From assembly GCA_002269645.1 (NCBI GenBank), contig NIVC01000763.1:124001-188000 (forward strand): 64,000 bases of DNA. The letters are read 5' to 3'. The translations under genes were made by a program, and so were the position numbers. How positions within the stretch are numbered: the stretch's first letter is position 1; every line of letters starts with the position of its first letter. Positions 30,501-42,811 of this stretch are shown here, one piece after another. Below the pieces are notes generated by a model, which had not been told where the DNA came from, made no database searches, and saw only the letters and a list, made by a program, of their open reading frames with translations. Origin of the DNA: Macrostomum lignano. Lineage: Eukaryota.

Positions 30501-31007
30501 CCCTACTGCATCGGCACCTGGGTGCACACCTTGGCCAGCAATGTTAACCGGCTTGCGTCGGGCCGAGGCGACCACCATCGATTCGAGCTGTACTCATCTC
30601 ACGATTCGATGCTTCTGCCCGTGCTGCTAGCCCTAGGCTTCGATCCCCGATCCGACATCAGCTGGCCGCCATTTGGTTCCGCAATCGTGTTCGAATTCTA
30701 CACCAATGACAATGGTAGTTCCGCAGGTGCTACGGCCAGTCAGGAGAGAATCTGGTGCCGGGTGCTGTATCAGGACCGGGCCGTTCAGCTGCCCGGATGC
30801 CAGTCCGAGTTCGCGCCCCTGTCTGTCCTGTCCGATCGGTTCTTTCGGCTGGCCCGGCCGCGCGAAGGATTCGTTGAAGCATCGCAGGCGGCCGGCAGGG
30901 AGCTGAACAGCTGGTACAGAGAGCATGGCCTCACGCACCTGGAGCCTTGGCCGTACGATGCAGACTCCACCGGGGCTGATGGAGAGCGAGATGCCAAGAG
31001 AGCTTGA
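27509..31007 (+). CDS. ACP6: Histidine acid phosphatase (branch 2), lysophosphatidic acid phosphatase type 6-like; exons 27509-27844, 28586-28897, 29621-30022, 30495-31007
   Basis: Catalytic RHGARTP in exon 1, [22 protein letters not shown] and [13 protein letters not shown] in exon 2, YSSHDSML and [13 protein letters not shown] in exon 4. All introns are GT..AG, phase 0. The ACP6 assignment within the family is tentative. Confidence 0.82.
27960..28500. repeat. About 24-bp minisatellite (GTTAGGGTGAGATTTCCAGAATC), ACP6 intron 1
   Basis: Direct inspection. Confidence 0.92.
28960..29585. repeat. Compound AAAATCCC-based minisatellite, ACP6 intron 2
   Basis: Direct inspection. Confidence 0.88.
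30150..30465. repeat. 22-bp minisatellite (GATGTCGGATGCTGGGAGACTA), ACP6 intron 3
   Basis: Direct inspection. Confidence 0.92.
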
Positions 31008-31214
31008 ATTACTTTAATCAACTTGTGCAGCATGCAGGTGCTGCAGAGATGGGGCTTCTAGGCTTTTTTTTATTCCAGTTATGTTTTTTTCATAAATTGA
31101 GAAGTGAGGGAATTTCGGTTTATATAAAAAGTCTGGGTTCAGTTATATTCGACTTATGTAATAAATATCCATGGTGAGATTACCGGTATATTTAACAATT
31201 AAATTGGTGAGATT

Positions 31215-32277
31215 CTGGCTTGATTTAATAATCTCATGGGTGAGATTTTGGCTTGATTTAATAATCTCATGGGTGAGATTTAGGTTCATTTAATAATCTT
31301 ATGGATGAGATTTAGAGGTTCATTTAATAATCTCATGGGTGAGATTTAGGGTTCATTTAGTAATCTCACGGGTGAGATTTAGGGTTCATTTAGTAATCTC
31401 ACGGGTGAGATTTAGGGTTCATTTAATAATCTCATGGGTGAGATTTAGGGTTCATTTAGTAATCTCACGGGTGAGATTTAGGGTTCATTTAATAATCTCA
31501 TGGGTGAGATTTTTGGTTCATTTAATAATCTCATGGGTGAGATTTAGGGTTCATTTAGTAATCTCATGGGTGAGATTTTGGCTCATTTAATAATCTCATG
31601 CTTGAGATTTTTGGTTCATTCAATAATCTCACGGGTGAGATTTAGGGGTTCACAATCTCATGGGTGAGATTTAGGGTTCATTTAGTAATCTCACGGGTGA
31701 GATTTAGGGTTCATTTAGTAATCTCACGGGTGAGATTTAGGGTTCATTTAATAATCTCATGGGTGAGATTTAGGGTTCATTTAGTAATCTCACGGGTGAG
31801 ATTTAGGGTTCATTTAATAATCTCATGGGTGAGATTTTTGGTTCATTTAATAATCTCATGGGTGAGATTTAGGGTTCATTTAGTAATCTCATGGGTGAGA
31901 TTTTGGCTCATTTAATAATCTCATGCTTGAGATTTTTGGTTCATTCAATAATCTCACGGGTGAGATTTAGGGGTTCACAATCTCATGGGTGAGATTTAGG
32001 GTTCATTTAGTAATCTCACGGGTGAGATTTAGGGTTCATTTAGTAATCTCACGGGTGAGATTTAGGGTTCATTTAATAATCTCATGGGTGAGATTTAGGG
32101 TTCATTTAGTAATCTCATGGATGAGATTTAGGGTTCATTTAATATTCTCATGGGTGAGATTTAGGGTTCATTTAATAATCTCATGAGTGAGATTTTTGGT
32201 TCATTCAATAATCTCACGGGTGAGATTTAGGGGTTTCACAATCTCATGGGTGAGATTTAGGGTTCATTTAATAATCA
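31215..32277. repeat. 33-bp minisatellite (TCTCATGGGTGAGATTTAGGGTTCATTTAATAA) with about 325-bp higher-order blocks
   Basis: Identical ORF-track peptides at 31339 and 31664 reflect the block duplication. Confidence 0.94.
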
Positions 32278-32747
32278 TACGGCAGAGAATTGTCAATAAT
32301 GATAGTTTATAGCGATGATTTAATTTGTAACAGTTATCCAGTGCGAGTTTTTACATCGGTAAAAGCTTTTTATTTACTCTAGAAATATCCAATTGTTTTA
32401 GTTTATAATTATTACAATGCCTTTCGATAGAGATATTGTGTACTATGTTGGGATGCAGAGAGCGTGTTGACAGATCCTGACTTCTTTTGCGGTACTGAAG
32501 ATTTCACTTTCTTTAAAAACTCAACGAATGCAATGTTATACCGAACACAACACGGTCAACTGCTAGTTTGATTATCATTTCACGAATAGTTTGATATTTT
32601 ATTTTCAAAAAAAATGTGCACAACACCTTCCTCGGAATTGCTTTCATAACATTGCAAGTTGAGTTTAAATAAACTCAAAAACTCCTTTTTGTGCAGTCGT
32701 TTTTTTCCGCAAAGTTAGTTATATGGATGCCAGAGACTGTTAGATGC

Positions 32748-33700
32748 AGCTCTAGATTAGCGCTAGATCGATTATAGATACAGCTCTAGATTAGCGCTAG
32801 ATCGATTATAGATACAGCTCTAGATTAGCTCTAGATCGATTATAGATACAGCTCTAGATTAGCGCTAGATCGATTATAGATGCAGCTCTAGATTAGCGCT
32901 AGATCGATTATAGATGCAGCCCTAGATTAGCGCTAGATCGATTATAGATGCAGCTCTAGATTAGCGCTAGATCGATTAGATGCAGCTCTAGATTAGCGCT
33001 AGATCGATTAGATGCAGCTCTAGATTAGCGCTAGATCGATTATAGATGCAGCTCTAGATTAGCGCTAGATCGATTATAGATGCAGCTCTAGATTAGCGCT
33101 AGATCGATTAGATGCAGCTCTAGATTAGCGCTAGATCGATTATAGATGCAGCTCTAGATTAGCGCTAGATCGATTATAGATGCATCTCTAGATTACGCTA
33201 GATCGATATAGATGCAGCCCTAGATTAGCGCTAGATCGATATAGATGCATCTCTAGATTAGCGCTAGATCGATTAAATGCATCTCTAGATTAGCGCTAAA
33301 TCGATTCTAGATGCATCTCTAGATTAGCGCTAGATCGATTATAGATGCAGCTCTACATTAGCGCTAGATCGATTAAATGCATCTCTAGATTAGCGCTAAA
33401 TCGATTCTAGATGCATCTCTAAATTAGCGCTAGATCGATTATAGATGCAGCTCTAGATTAGCGCTAGATCGATTATAGATGCAGCTCTAGATTAGCGCTA
33501 GATCGATTATAGATGCAGCCCTAGATTAGCGCTAGATCGATTATAGATGCAGCTCTAGATTAGCGCTTGATCGATTATAGATGCAGCCCTAGATTAGCGC
33601 TAGATCGATTATAGATGCAGCCCTAGATTAGCGCTAGATCGATTATAGATGCAGCTCTAGATTAGCGCTAGATCGATTATAGATGCAGCTCTAGATTACG
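32748..33700. repeat. 34-bp palindrome-rich minisatellite (TAGATGCAGCTCTAGATTAGCGCTAGATCGATTA) upstream of the sideroflexin gene
   Basis: Direct inspection. Confidence 0.94.
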
Positions 33701-33861
33701 CGTATCTGTGTGTGGGATCAGGAGTCAGCAGATTGGGCCTTACTGCTTGATTCCTCCCTGCGGCCTTGCAGCGCCCACGGCAACGTGCAACTAACTAGCG
33801 AGCACAATACCTGTAATACTCGTAATTGCAGAGTTAAATTTTCGATTTAAAAATAGCCAGC

Positions 33862-35460
33862 ATGGAGACCAAAATCGATCTAGATAAACCCCGCTTCGAC
33901 CAGTCGACCTACACAGGCCGGGCCAAGCACTTCTTCATCACCACAAATCCACTGAACGTGTTCAAGACTAGTAAAGAATTGGACAAAGCCAAGGACATCG
34001 TTGTGAGGTACAAGGCTGGCGAACACCTGCCCGGACTCACGCCGGATGACATTTGGCGGGCCAAGCACACCTATGATTCGGCCTTTCACCCGGACACCGG
34101 AGAGAAGATGTTCCTGCCCGGCAGGATGTCCTTTCAGGTGGATGTTCTAACATCACAGCGCTGGTTTTATTGTGACGTCATTGTCAATAACTTAATAACA
34201 AACATTTTTCTAAGGCTGTAAATACACCATCTTTAAAAGTACAACTATTAGGATGGGTATCCTTGTAGTGACCTAATTGGACGCGATATATTGACGCCAA
34301 AAAATATCATCCTTATTATGAAGGATACAGTCGGTATCCTTGTAGTGACGTCATAGAAGGGATATCCTTGTAGTGACGTCTTAAAGCACTATCCTGCAGT
34401 GACGTCATTGAAACATAATCCTTATAGTGACGTCATTGAGACAGTATCCCTGTAGTGACGTCATTAAGACACTATTCTTGCAGTGACGTCATTGAGACAT
34501 AATCCTTATAGTGACGTCATTGAGACAGTATCTCTGTAGTGACGTCATTAAGACACTTCTTGCGGTGACGTCATTGAAACATAATCCTTATAGTGACGTC
34601 ATTGAAACATAATCCTTATAGTGACGTCATTGAGACAGTATCCCTGTAGTGACGTCATTAAGACAGTATCCATGTCATTTTAAAACACTATCCTTGTAAT
34701 GACGGCATTGACACTATCCTTGTGGTGACGTCATTGAGACAGTATCCTTGTAATGACGTCATAGAGACAGTATATCTCTGTAGTTACGTCATTAAGGCAG
34801 TCGTATTCAGACAAGTGTTAAGACTACAACATAGATCCGTTACTTACCGTTTCTCATCGCCCCTCAGGTGCCTGGCAACATGACCATCACCGGCTGCATG
34901 ATGACATTTTACAAAAGCACCCCGGCAGTGGTATTCTGGCAGTGGTTCAATCAGACATTTAACGCCGTGGTTAATTACACTAACAGGAGCGGAGACTCAC
35001 CGATCTCAGTGCAGAGACTCGGCGTCAGCTACGTGCTGGCCACGGGCGGCGCGGTGTCGACCGCCCTGCTGATTAACCGGCAGGTCGGCCGCTTCCCCGC
35101 GCTCATTGGCCGCTTCGTGCCCTTTGCCGCCGTGGCCGTGGCCAACTGCATCAATATTCCCTGCATGCGCAGCCAGGTAATGCGGCTGGCCTCTGCTGTT
35201 GTGCGATTTCCTCCTGTGTCAGACAGACAGACAGACAGACAGACAGACCGACAAACAACCAGACAGACAGACAGATAGACAGACAGACCGACAAACAACC
35301 AGACAGACAGACAGATAGACAGACAGACCGACAAACAACCAGACAGACAGACAGATAGACAGACAGACCGACAAACAACCAGACAGACAGACGGATAGAC
35401 AGACAGACCGACAAACAACCAGACAGACAGACAGATAGACAGACAGACATACAGACAAGC

Positions 35461-35507
<47 letters not shown>

Positions 35508-35508
35508 A

Positions 35509-35541
<33 letters not shown>

Positions 35542-36205
35542 GACAGACAGACAGACAAACAACCAGACAGATAGACAGAGACAGACAAGCAGACAGACAG
35601 ACAAACAGACAGACAAACAGACACAGACAGACAGACAGACAGACAGACAGAGACAGACAGACAGACAAACAACCAGACAGATAGACAGAGACAGACAAGC
35701 AGACAGACAGACAGACAGACATACAGACAGACAGACAGACAGACAGAAAGGCAATTGGCGCTGATAATATTGAGCCGATATGTATCGAAAACAAAAAAGG
35801 TTTACAATACCTTGATCTTGGTTTGCATAGGAGCTAGACTCCGGCATCCCGGTGCTGGACTCCGAGGGCCGTCGGTTGGGTGACAGCACCGCCGCTGCCA
35901 AGCGCGCGATTGGCCAAGTGGTGTTCAGTCGGATCTGCATGGCAACCCCGGGGATGCTGATCCCGCCAATACTGATGAACCGGCTGGAGCGGTCCGGCTT
36001 TCTAGCCAGATTTCCCTGGTCAGGCGCTCCAATCCAGGTGCTACTCTGTGGCGCATTTCTCACCTTTGCCACGCCGATGTGCTGCGCACTGTTTCCTCAG
36101 ATGGCTTCGGTTCGGGTGTCGGCTTTGGAGGCCCCATTAAGGGATCGATTGTTAAAGGAGGGTCGCAAACCAGACGAGGTTCTCTATTACAATAAGGGGT
36201 TGTAA
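33862..36205 (+). CDS. SFXN1: Sideroflexin (mitochondrial serine/tricarboxylate carrier family), about 319 aa; exons 33862-34137, 34868-35176, 35831-36205
   Basis: [58 protein letters not shown] and YYNKGL* are SFXN1/3 hallmarks. Introns are GT..AG, phase 0. Confidence 0.95.
34255..34795. repeat. 28-bp minisatellite carrying 13 perfect TGACGTCA (CRE) palindromes, sideroflexin intron 1
   Basis: TGACGTCA counted at 34346, 34400, 34428, 34456, 34484, 34512, 34540, 34566, 34594, 34622, 34650, 34726 and 34754. Confidence 0.92.
35219..35748. repeat. (GACA)n compound microsatellite, sideroflexin intron 2
   Basis: Direct inspection. Confidence 0.95.
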
Positions 36206-36409
36206 ATGACTGGCGACTTAATTGTCACTGCGATTTTGGTGTCTGAAAAATTAATTTGACTTTTATTTCGCATGTAGGCAAAAGTTTTTTGTTATAGCTA
36301 CTTTTTTAGTTAGCGCAAAAAATCTGGTGGTCGTTTTTTCGTTCTTTTTATTGGTGAATGTTCGAAAAGCGGCGGATATTTTTCAGTGAAATTAGCGTGT
36401 GTGTGTGTT

Positions 36410-37050
36410 TATCTTAGTCTGGGGTTGGGTGTTTTTTCTTAGCCTGGAGAAGGTGTGAAAATGGGGTGGGTGTTTTCATCTTAGTCGGACGTATGAAAAT
36501 GGGGGTTGAGTGTTTTTATCTTAGTCGGGGAAGGTGTGAAAATGGGGTGGGTGTTTTTATCTTAGTCGGGGAAGGTGTGAAAATGGGGTGGGTGTTTTTA
36601 TCTTAGTCGTGGAAGGTGTGAAAATGGGGTGGGTGTTTTTATCTTAGTCGTGGAAGGTGTGAAAATGGGGGTTGAGTGTTTTTATCTTAGTCGGGGAAGG
36701 TGTGAAAATGGGGTGGGTGTTTTTATCTTAGTCGGGGAAGGTGTGAAAATGGGGTGGGTGTTTTTATCTTTGTCGGGGAAGGTGTGAAAATGGGGTGGGT
36801 GTTTTTATCTTAGTCGTGGAAGGTGTGAAAATGGGGCGGGTGTTTTTATCTTAGTCGTGGAAGGTGTGAAAATGGGGTGGGTGTTTTTATCTTAGTCGGG
36901 GAAGGTGTGAAAATGGGGTGGGTGTTTTTATCTTAGTCGTGGAAGGTTTGAAAATGGGGCGGGTGTTTTTATCTTTGTCGGGGAGCTGAAATTTGGGTGG
37001 GTGTTTTTATATTTGACAGGGAAGGTGTGAAAATGAGGCGGAAGTTTTTA
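36410..37050. repeat. About 40-bp minisatellite (GGAAGGTGTGAAAATGGGGTGGGTGTTTTTATCTTAGTCG)
   Basis: Direct inspection. Confidence 0.92.
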
Positions 37051-37715
37051 TCTTGTTTTTTTGTTTTTCACACCTTACTTGTACATCTCCTTTTAACTTT
37101 TCTTAGCAAACAATTAGAATTCAGTAAGTACTGCGTTTGGGCCATCGGGGTCACATAAAACAAGCAATTTAGATTTTTTGACATATATTCTCTGCTAAAT
37201 AGATCTAACAACAGGCCAGTCAAATTTCTCAGTACACACTCGCGCGCACTACTGATCACTAAGTAGTTTGCTAATTAATTGCATTGCTAACTGATCAAAA
37301 TGATTACGATTGATTTTTTATCTGCAAACTGTGATTAACATATGGGCTGCGCAGTCTCTGATTGATGGGCATATTACTCGAACTTGAACAAATTTATACC
37401 AGATTTTTATAGCCAATGTTTTTTTGGATTCAGAAAGATGGACTCATTTTTCCTGTATTTTTCTTCTGTCTTGGCCTTGTGTTTCCTCTGCTGCTGCACT
37501 ATAAAGCACAAATTGCATCTAGTAGCTCTCGCCTAACAATGTTTTCCAAGTAATAGATTAGCTGACTTATTTTATAATTAAAATTGTCGAATTACAGTCA
37601 GAATTTAGCGCATTAAAATTTATTTAGCAATATTCAAAGAAAAAATTTAGACGCTTTAAAGTTCTTTGTGTGCATTTTTTATCGGAATCTGTGTTCTTCG
37701 ACTGGCTGCAGCCTA

Positions 37716-38024
37716 AATCGCCCCTAAACCCCTGAGAGAATCGCCCCTAAACCCATTAGAGAATCGCTTTTAAACCCATTAGAGAATCGCCCCTAAACCC
37801 ATTAGAGAATCGCCCCTAAACCCATTAGAGAATCGCCTTTAAACCCATTAGAGAATCGCCTTTAAACCCATTAGAGAATCGCCTTTTAACCCATTAAAGA
37901 ATCGCCCCTAAACCCATTTGAGAGTCGCCCCTAAACCCCCTGAGATAATCGCCCCTAAACCCATTAGAGAATCGCCTTTAAACCCATTAGAGAATTGCCC
38001 CTAAACCGCTGAGAGAATCGCCCC
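37716..38024. repeat. 24-bp minisatellite (AATCGCCCCTAAACCCATTAGAG)
   Basis: Direct inspection. Confidence 0.92.
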
Positions 38025-38377
38025 GTGCAAATGTCGCTCAATTTGAGGTGTTAGTGCACAAAATTATGGAATTTATTGCTACGAGACTGACAATAATTTT
38101 GTTATAACAGCGAGGAAGAAGGGCCGGTGCATGCAGTGGGTACGCGGCTTGAGTTGCTGCTTACTGTTTGGGGAAGGCAGGGCGCTGATTTTTAGGACCT
38201 GTCAAGCCAACCCATATGCCCTGATGGCTTATCAGTCCGCAAAAATTTAATACGGCTCGTATAAAAACCTGTCCGTCTGTCGGAATTCACACAGCCAGTT
38301 CTTTAGACAGAAGGAAAAGAAAATGCTTCTGCAAGAATAGCTGAAGCAGCAATGGTGTCATCTAGCTAGTTAGTATA

Positions 38378-41300
38378 ATGTTCGTTAGCTCAACCGTGCC
38401 CCTGGTGCTGTTCACTTTGCTGTCGGCTGCTGCTTCCGGATTGGTGATGGCGCTGGCGCCGGTAAACGTGCCCCAACGACTGCTGGAGTCGCTGCCCAGC
38501 AACCTGTCCCAGCAGAGGTCCTGGGCGGCGGACGTGCTAGTGGAGTGGCAGCGGCACATCTCCGGTATTGATGTGGACGAGTTTCGGGAGTTCTCCGCCG
38601 CACTGATGGACCTCCGAGGCGACATCTTCGTGTACTTCAAAGCGCTGTTCGGGGTTGACGATTTCAACGCGGCCTGTCATTTCTCGCTGCTGCCGAACCT
38701 CATCTATGGGGATAATTATCCCGCAGTGCAGGCGCTGGCCAACACCTGGTTCGAGTTTGTGGTGCAGTCGCTGCGAGGTCACAGCACGCATCACTTTTTG
38801 TTAAAGTACGGGCGAAATTTCTGCTCATATGGTCCTTTCTCGGTAGCTTTTCCGCCCCTGTCTCTTCGTGGGCGCCCCTGTCTCTTGGTGGGCGCCCCTG
38901 TGTCACGGTGGGGCGCCCCTGTCTCTTGGTGGGCGCCCCTGTCTCTTGGTCAGCGCCATTGGCTCTTGGTGGGCGCCCCTGTCTCTTGGTGGGCGCCCCT
39001 GTCTCTTGGTCAGCGCCCCTGTCTCTTGGTCAGCGCCCCTGTCTCTTGGTGGGCGCCCCTGTCTCTTGGTCAGCGCCCCTGTCTCTCGGTCAGCGCCCCT
39101 GTCTCTTGGTGGGCGCCCCTGTCTCTCGGTCAGCGCCCCTGTCTCTTGGTGGGCGCCCCTGCCTCTTGGTGGGCGCCCCTGTCTCTTAGTGCGCGCCCCT
39201 GTCTCTTGGTCAGCGCCCCTGTCTCTTGGTCAGCGCACCTGTCTCTTGGTCAGCGCCCCTGTCTCTTGGTCAGCGCCCCTGTCTCTTGGTCAGCGCCCCT
39301 GTCTCTTGGTCAGCGCCCCTGTCTCTTGGTCAGCGCCCCTGTCTCTTGGTCAGCGCCCCTGTCTCTTGATGCATTATAACGAAAACAAGATTTGCTCTTG
39401 CTGTTCTTTTAATTTTACTTTACGCGTAGGCCGAACTTTGAAAGCACTAACAATTTGGCTTCCAATCCAAGCGAAACAAATAGAAGTCCATGACTTCATC
39501 CAGTCCAGTTAATCGATCAATCGCGCACGCAGGTATCTTCAGCAGTACCTGCGCATCGGCAAATCCGAAGTGACCTACAGCAGCCTGTTGCGTCACTCCG
39601 GCCAGCCGGGCGAGTCCACCCTGTCCGAGTTCGCCCAGAACCGCCTGCCGGACGCTCCGGTACCAGCCGACTGTCGCCGAACTCTGCTGGTCCAGCTGAC
39701 CAATCCGCAGCAGCTGCTGCACAGCTGGCAGCCAACCATCACGGCCGAGCTGCAGTCCCGACTGCTCAACGTGGTGGCCAATGGCGACGCCTGTCTGCAG
39801 TTCAACAGCACTCACAAGGTTGGAGTCTGGGGCTCTTGGGGAATCCCGAAAATAGATTATTTCTCATGAGGAATTCCCTAAATAGATTATTTCTCACGGG
39901 GAATTCCCTAAATAGTTTTTTTCTCACGGGGATTCCCTAAATAGATTATTTCTCACGGGGGATTCCCTAAATAGATTATTTCTCACGGGGATTTCCTAAA
40001 TAGATTATTTCTCACGGGGGATTTCCCAAACAGATTATTTCTCATGGGGAATTCCCTAAATAGATTATTTCTCATGGGGAATTCCCTAAATAGATTATTT
40101 CTCAAGGGGAATTCCCAAAATAGATTATTTCTAAGGGGGATTCCTAAAATAGATTATTTCTCAAGGGGAATTCCCAAAATAGATTATTTCTAATGGGGAT
40201 TCCTAAAATAGATTATTTCTCACGGGGGATTCCCAAAATAGATTATTTCTAATGGGGGATTCCTAAAATAGACTATTTCTCAAGGGGAATTCCCTCGGGG
40301 CCGTAGCCTAGTGGGCGGCGCTCTGAAGCTCAGCCCAGTCCGGGCTCTATTTATTCCAAGTGCAGTCACATTAATTTGGGGCTAAATTGGAATCTCGGCT
40401 TGGCTCTGCAATTACCGCCCTTGAGGGCCAACCCCCAAGGCGCAGTGAAGTGTACATGCCTTGCCTAACCATAAATAAAGTTAGGGCCGCTGTACATTCT
40501 TGTGTGAGTGCGTGCCTGTGCGTATGACTGCGTACGTACCCGCACGCTTGTGTGCCTGCTCAGGGGAGTCGGCGGAATGGGCAGCAATGCCTCTCGCCGG
40601 TGCCCACAGCCCCTGCCTCTAACTAAAATGGGAAATTCCCTAAATGGGCAATTTATCACGGGGAATTCCCCAAATGGACTAGTCCTAAATAGAGAATTCC
40701 TTGGAAGCCTTCCTCCCCCAACCCATGCCCGCACGCGAAGGTGATCAAGTTCGTTGACACGGTGATGCACGGCCACTTCGAGGCGCTGCGAGTGCCCAAC
40801 CGGATGTGGATCGATCCGAGGCTGAGCGCCACCCTCCCCGGCCAGCTCAGCTCCGTGGCCGACCTCATCCGCTGCGGCTATCCGGCCCTGCTGCTGGTTG
40901 GCACCTTCAGCAACCTGTTCGCCCTGCTGTTCAGCCTGGTGGTGCTGTCCGAGAGCTGCGCCTGTCTGTACTTTCTCGCCCTGTCGGTGCTGGACTTGCT
41001 GTGTCTGTGGTGCAACCTGCTGCCCACCACACTGTCGCTGCACTACGACACCCTGTTGCGCCAGAGCTCCACCCTGGCCTGCCGACTGCTGACCTTCTTC
41101 GAGGTGTACTTCGCCGCAGCAGCCGCTTGGACTGTGGCGGCTCTAGCCGTGGCCAAAGTGTTCTCCGTTCTGATGCCGTTCAGTCCCAGGCTGAGCTCGC
41201 GACGGTGGCACCGCCTGACAATCGCCATGGTCCTGGTTGTTGTCGCCGCGCTCTGCTCACCGCTGCTGCTCAACCGACGCCGCGTGGTGCTCGTGCCGGC

Positions 41301-42687
41301 GGACTTCTTTGTGCAGTGCTGGCGTCGGGACTGGCTGTTCATGACGTACAAAACCGAGAAGCTCTGGCTGGCGCTGGTGTTCCCCGTCCTGCCTCTGGCC
41401 GTCATCTTGGTCTGCAACTGCGCCCTGCTGGCGCTCCGTCGCCGTCACCTTCGTCAGGCGTCGGCCAGCAGCAGCTCCGGTGGCGCGGCGGACGGTCGCC
41501 AGCTGTTCGGCTCGCTGACCATCCTGTCCTCGGTGTTCCTCGTCTTCACCGCGCCCAACACCGTCGTGCAGCTGATTGAGGCCGCCCACTCTGACGACAT
41601 CAACCAGTACAACGTGATCGAGGAGCTGAGCAACGGCAATGGCACCCTGCTGAACTACTGGGCCCACGTCACCCACTTCGTCATGCTGCTGCACAACGCC
41701 TTCAACATATTCGCCTACGGCATGAGCGCCCCGTACCTGAGAGTCGCCTTCCGTCAGCGATTGTCGAAAAGCATTCGATGCCCAGGTAATTGCGCTGAAG
41801 AAGTTGTGTTAGAGCGAAATTGGCACTCGTGGGGACCAAGGCCACTGGCCACGACCTGACCACTGAACACGACCTGACTGACCACTGAACACGACCTGAC
41901 TGACCACTGAACACGACCTGACTGACCACTGAACACGACCTGACTGACCACTGAACACGACCTGACCACTGAACACGACCTGACCACTGAACACGACCTG
42001 ACCACTGAACACGACCTGACCACTGAACACGACCTGACCACTGAACACGACCTGACCACTGAACACGACCTGACCACTGAACACGACCTGACCACTGAAC
42101 ACGACCTGACCACTGAACACGACCTGACCACTGAACACGACCTGACCACTGAACACGACCTGACCACTGAACACGACCTGACCACTGAACACGACCTGAC
42201 CACTGAACACGACCTGACTGACCACTGAACACGACCTGACCACTGAACACGACCTGACCACTGAACACGACCTGACCACTGAACACGACCTGACCACTGA
42301 ACACAAGCGAATATTTATAAGATATTATTCATTGGGTTGGGGCTGGCCCTCGTGTGTGGTAATCGCACCACAAGCCTTGGGTCAGTTTCCCAGCACAATC
42401 ACCGAATTAACGTGGTCGCACACCGAAACGAACCCAATATCAAACAAACAACGTCAAACAACGTCAAACAACTGTTAAACCTTGGTATTTTTACTGAGAC
42501 TTTGATTTAACCCATCCAGCTTGATTAATCAGCTCAGGGATTCCCTCCCGCGCCATTATCGTCTCCAGGTTTCCTCCAGCGCAAGCCGCTCTACGGCTCC
42601 GTCGTGTCGATGCGCTCCGGCAGTTCGTCGCAGCGCTCGGACCAAACGGACCTCGGCAGACCCGCACTGACTGTCAGTCGAAGCTGA
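38378..42687 (+). CDS. Orphan rhodopsin-class (class A) GPCR with signal peptide and about 275-aa N-terminal ectodomain, about 625 aa; exons 38378-38805, 39533-39818, 40741-41785, 42569-42687
   Basis: Hydrophobic signal peptide and seven TM segments: GTFSNL (TM1), LALSVLDLL (TM2), C-x-LLTF (TM3), VFLVFTAP (TM6), HNAFNIFAY (TM7). Exon phases 2,0,1 join into one open frame. The last exon is less certain; the unspliced frame would instead stop at 41859. Confidence 0.8.
38857..39368. repeat. 20-21-bp minisatellite (CAGCGCCCCTGTCTCTTGGT), GPCR intron 1
   Basis: Direct inspection. Confidence 0.94.
39838..40295. repeat. About 29-bp minisatellite (GGAATTCCCTAAATAGATTATTTCTCACGG), GPCR intron 2
   Basis: Direct inspection. 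Confidence 0.9.
41852..42304. repeat. 18-bp minisatellite (CACGACCTGACCACTGAA), GPCR intron 3
   Basis: Direct inspection. Confidence 0.95.
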
Positions 42688-42811
42688 TGCCCTTAGAGTT
42701 GCTTTTCCTGCATTCCCTTTAAAAATTTGCTCATCCTTCTCGATTTTGCTCTCTTTCTGAACGCTTGATTTTCAAATGTATGTTGGCATATCGAGCTCGC
42801 GAATTTTAAGT

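Noticed and set aside
27960-38024. Telomere-like TTAGGG / TTTAGGG / CCCTAAA motifs in three minisatellites
   Set aside because: There is a single motif per 24-33-bp unit and never a tandem run, so this is not an interstitial telomere.
40297-40500. tRNA or second SINE family starting GGGGCCGTAGCCTAGTGG
   Set aside because: The A box is perfect but there is no recognisable B box or cloverleaf. At most it is a degenerate SINE head.
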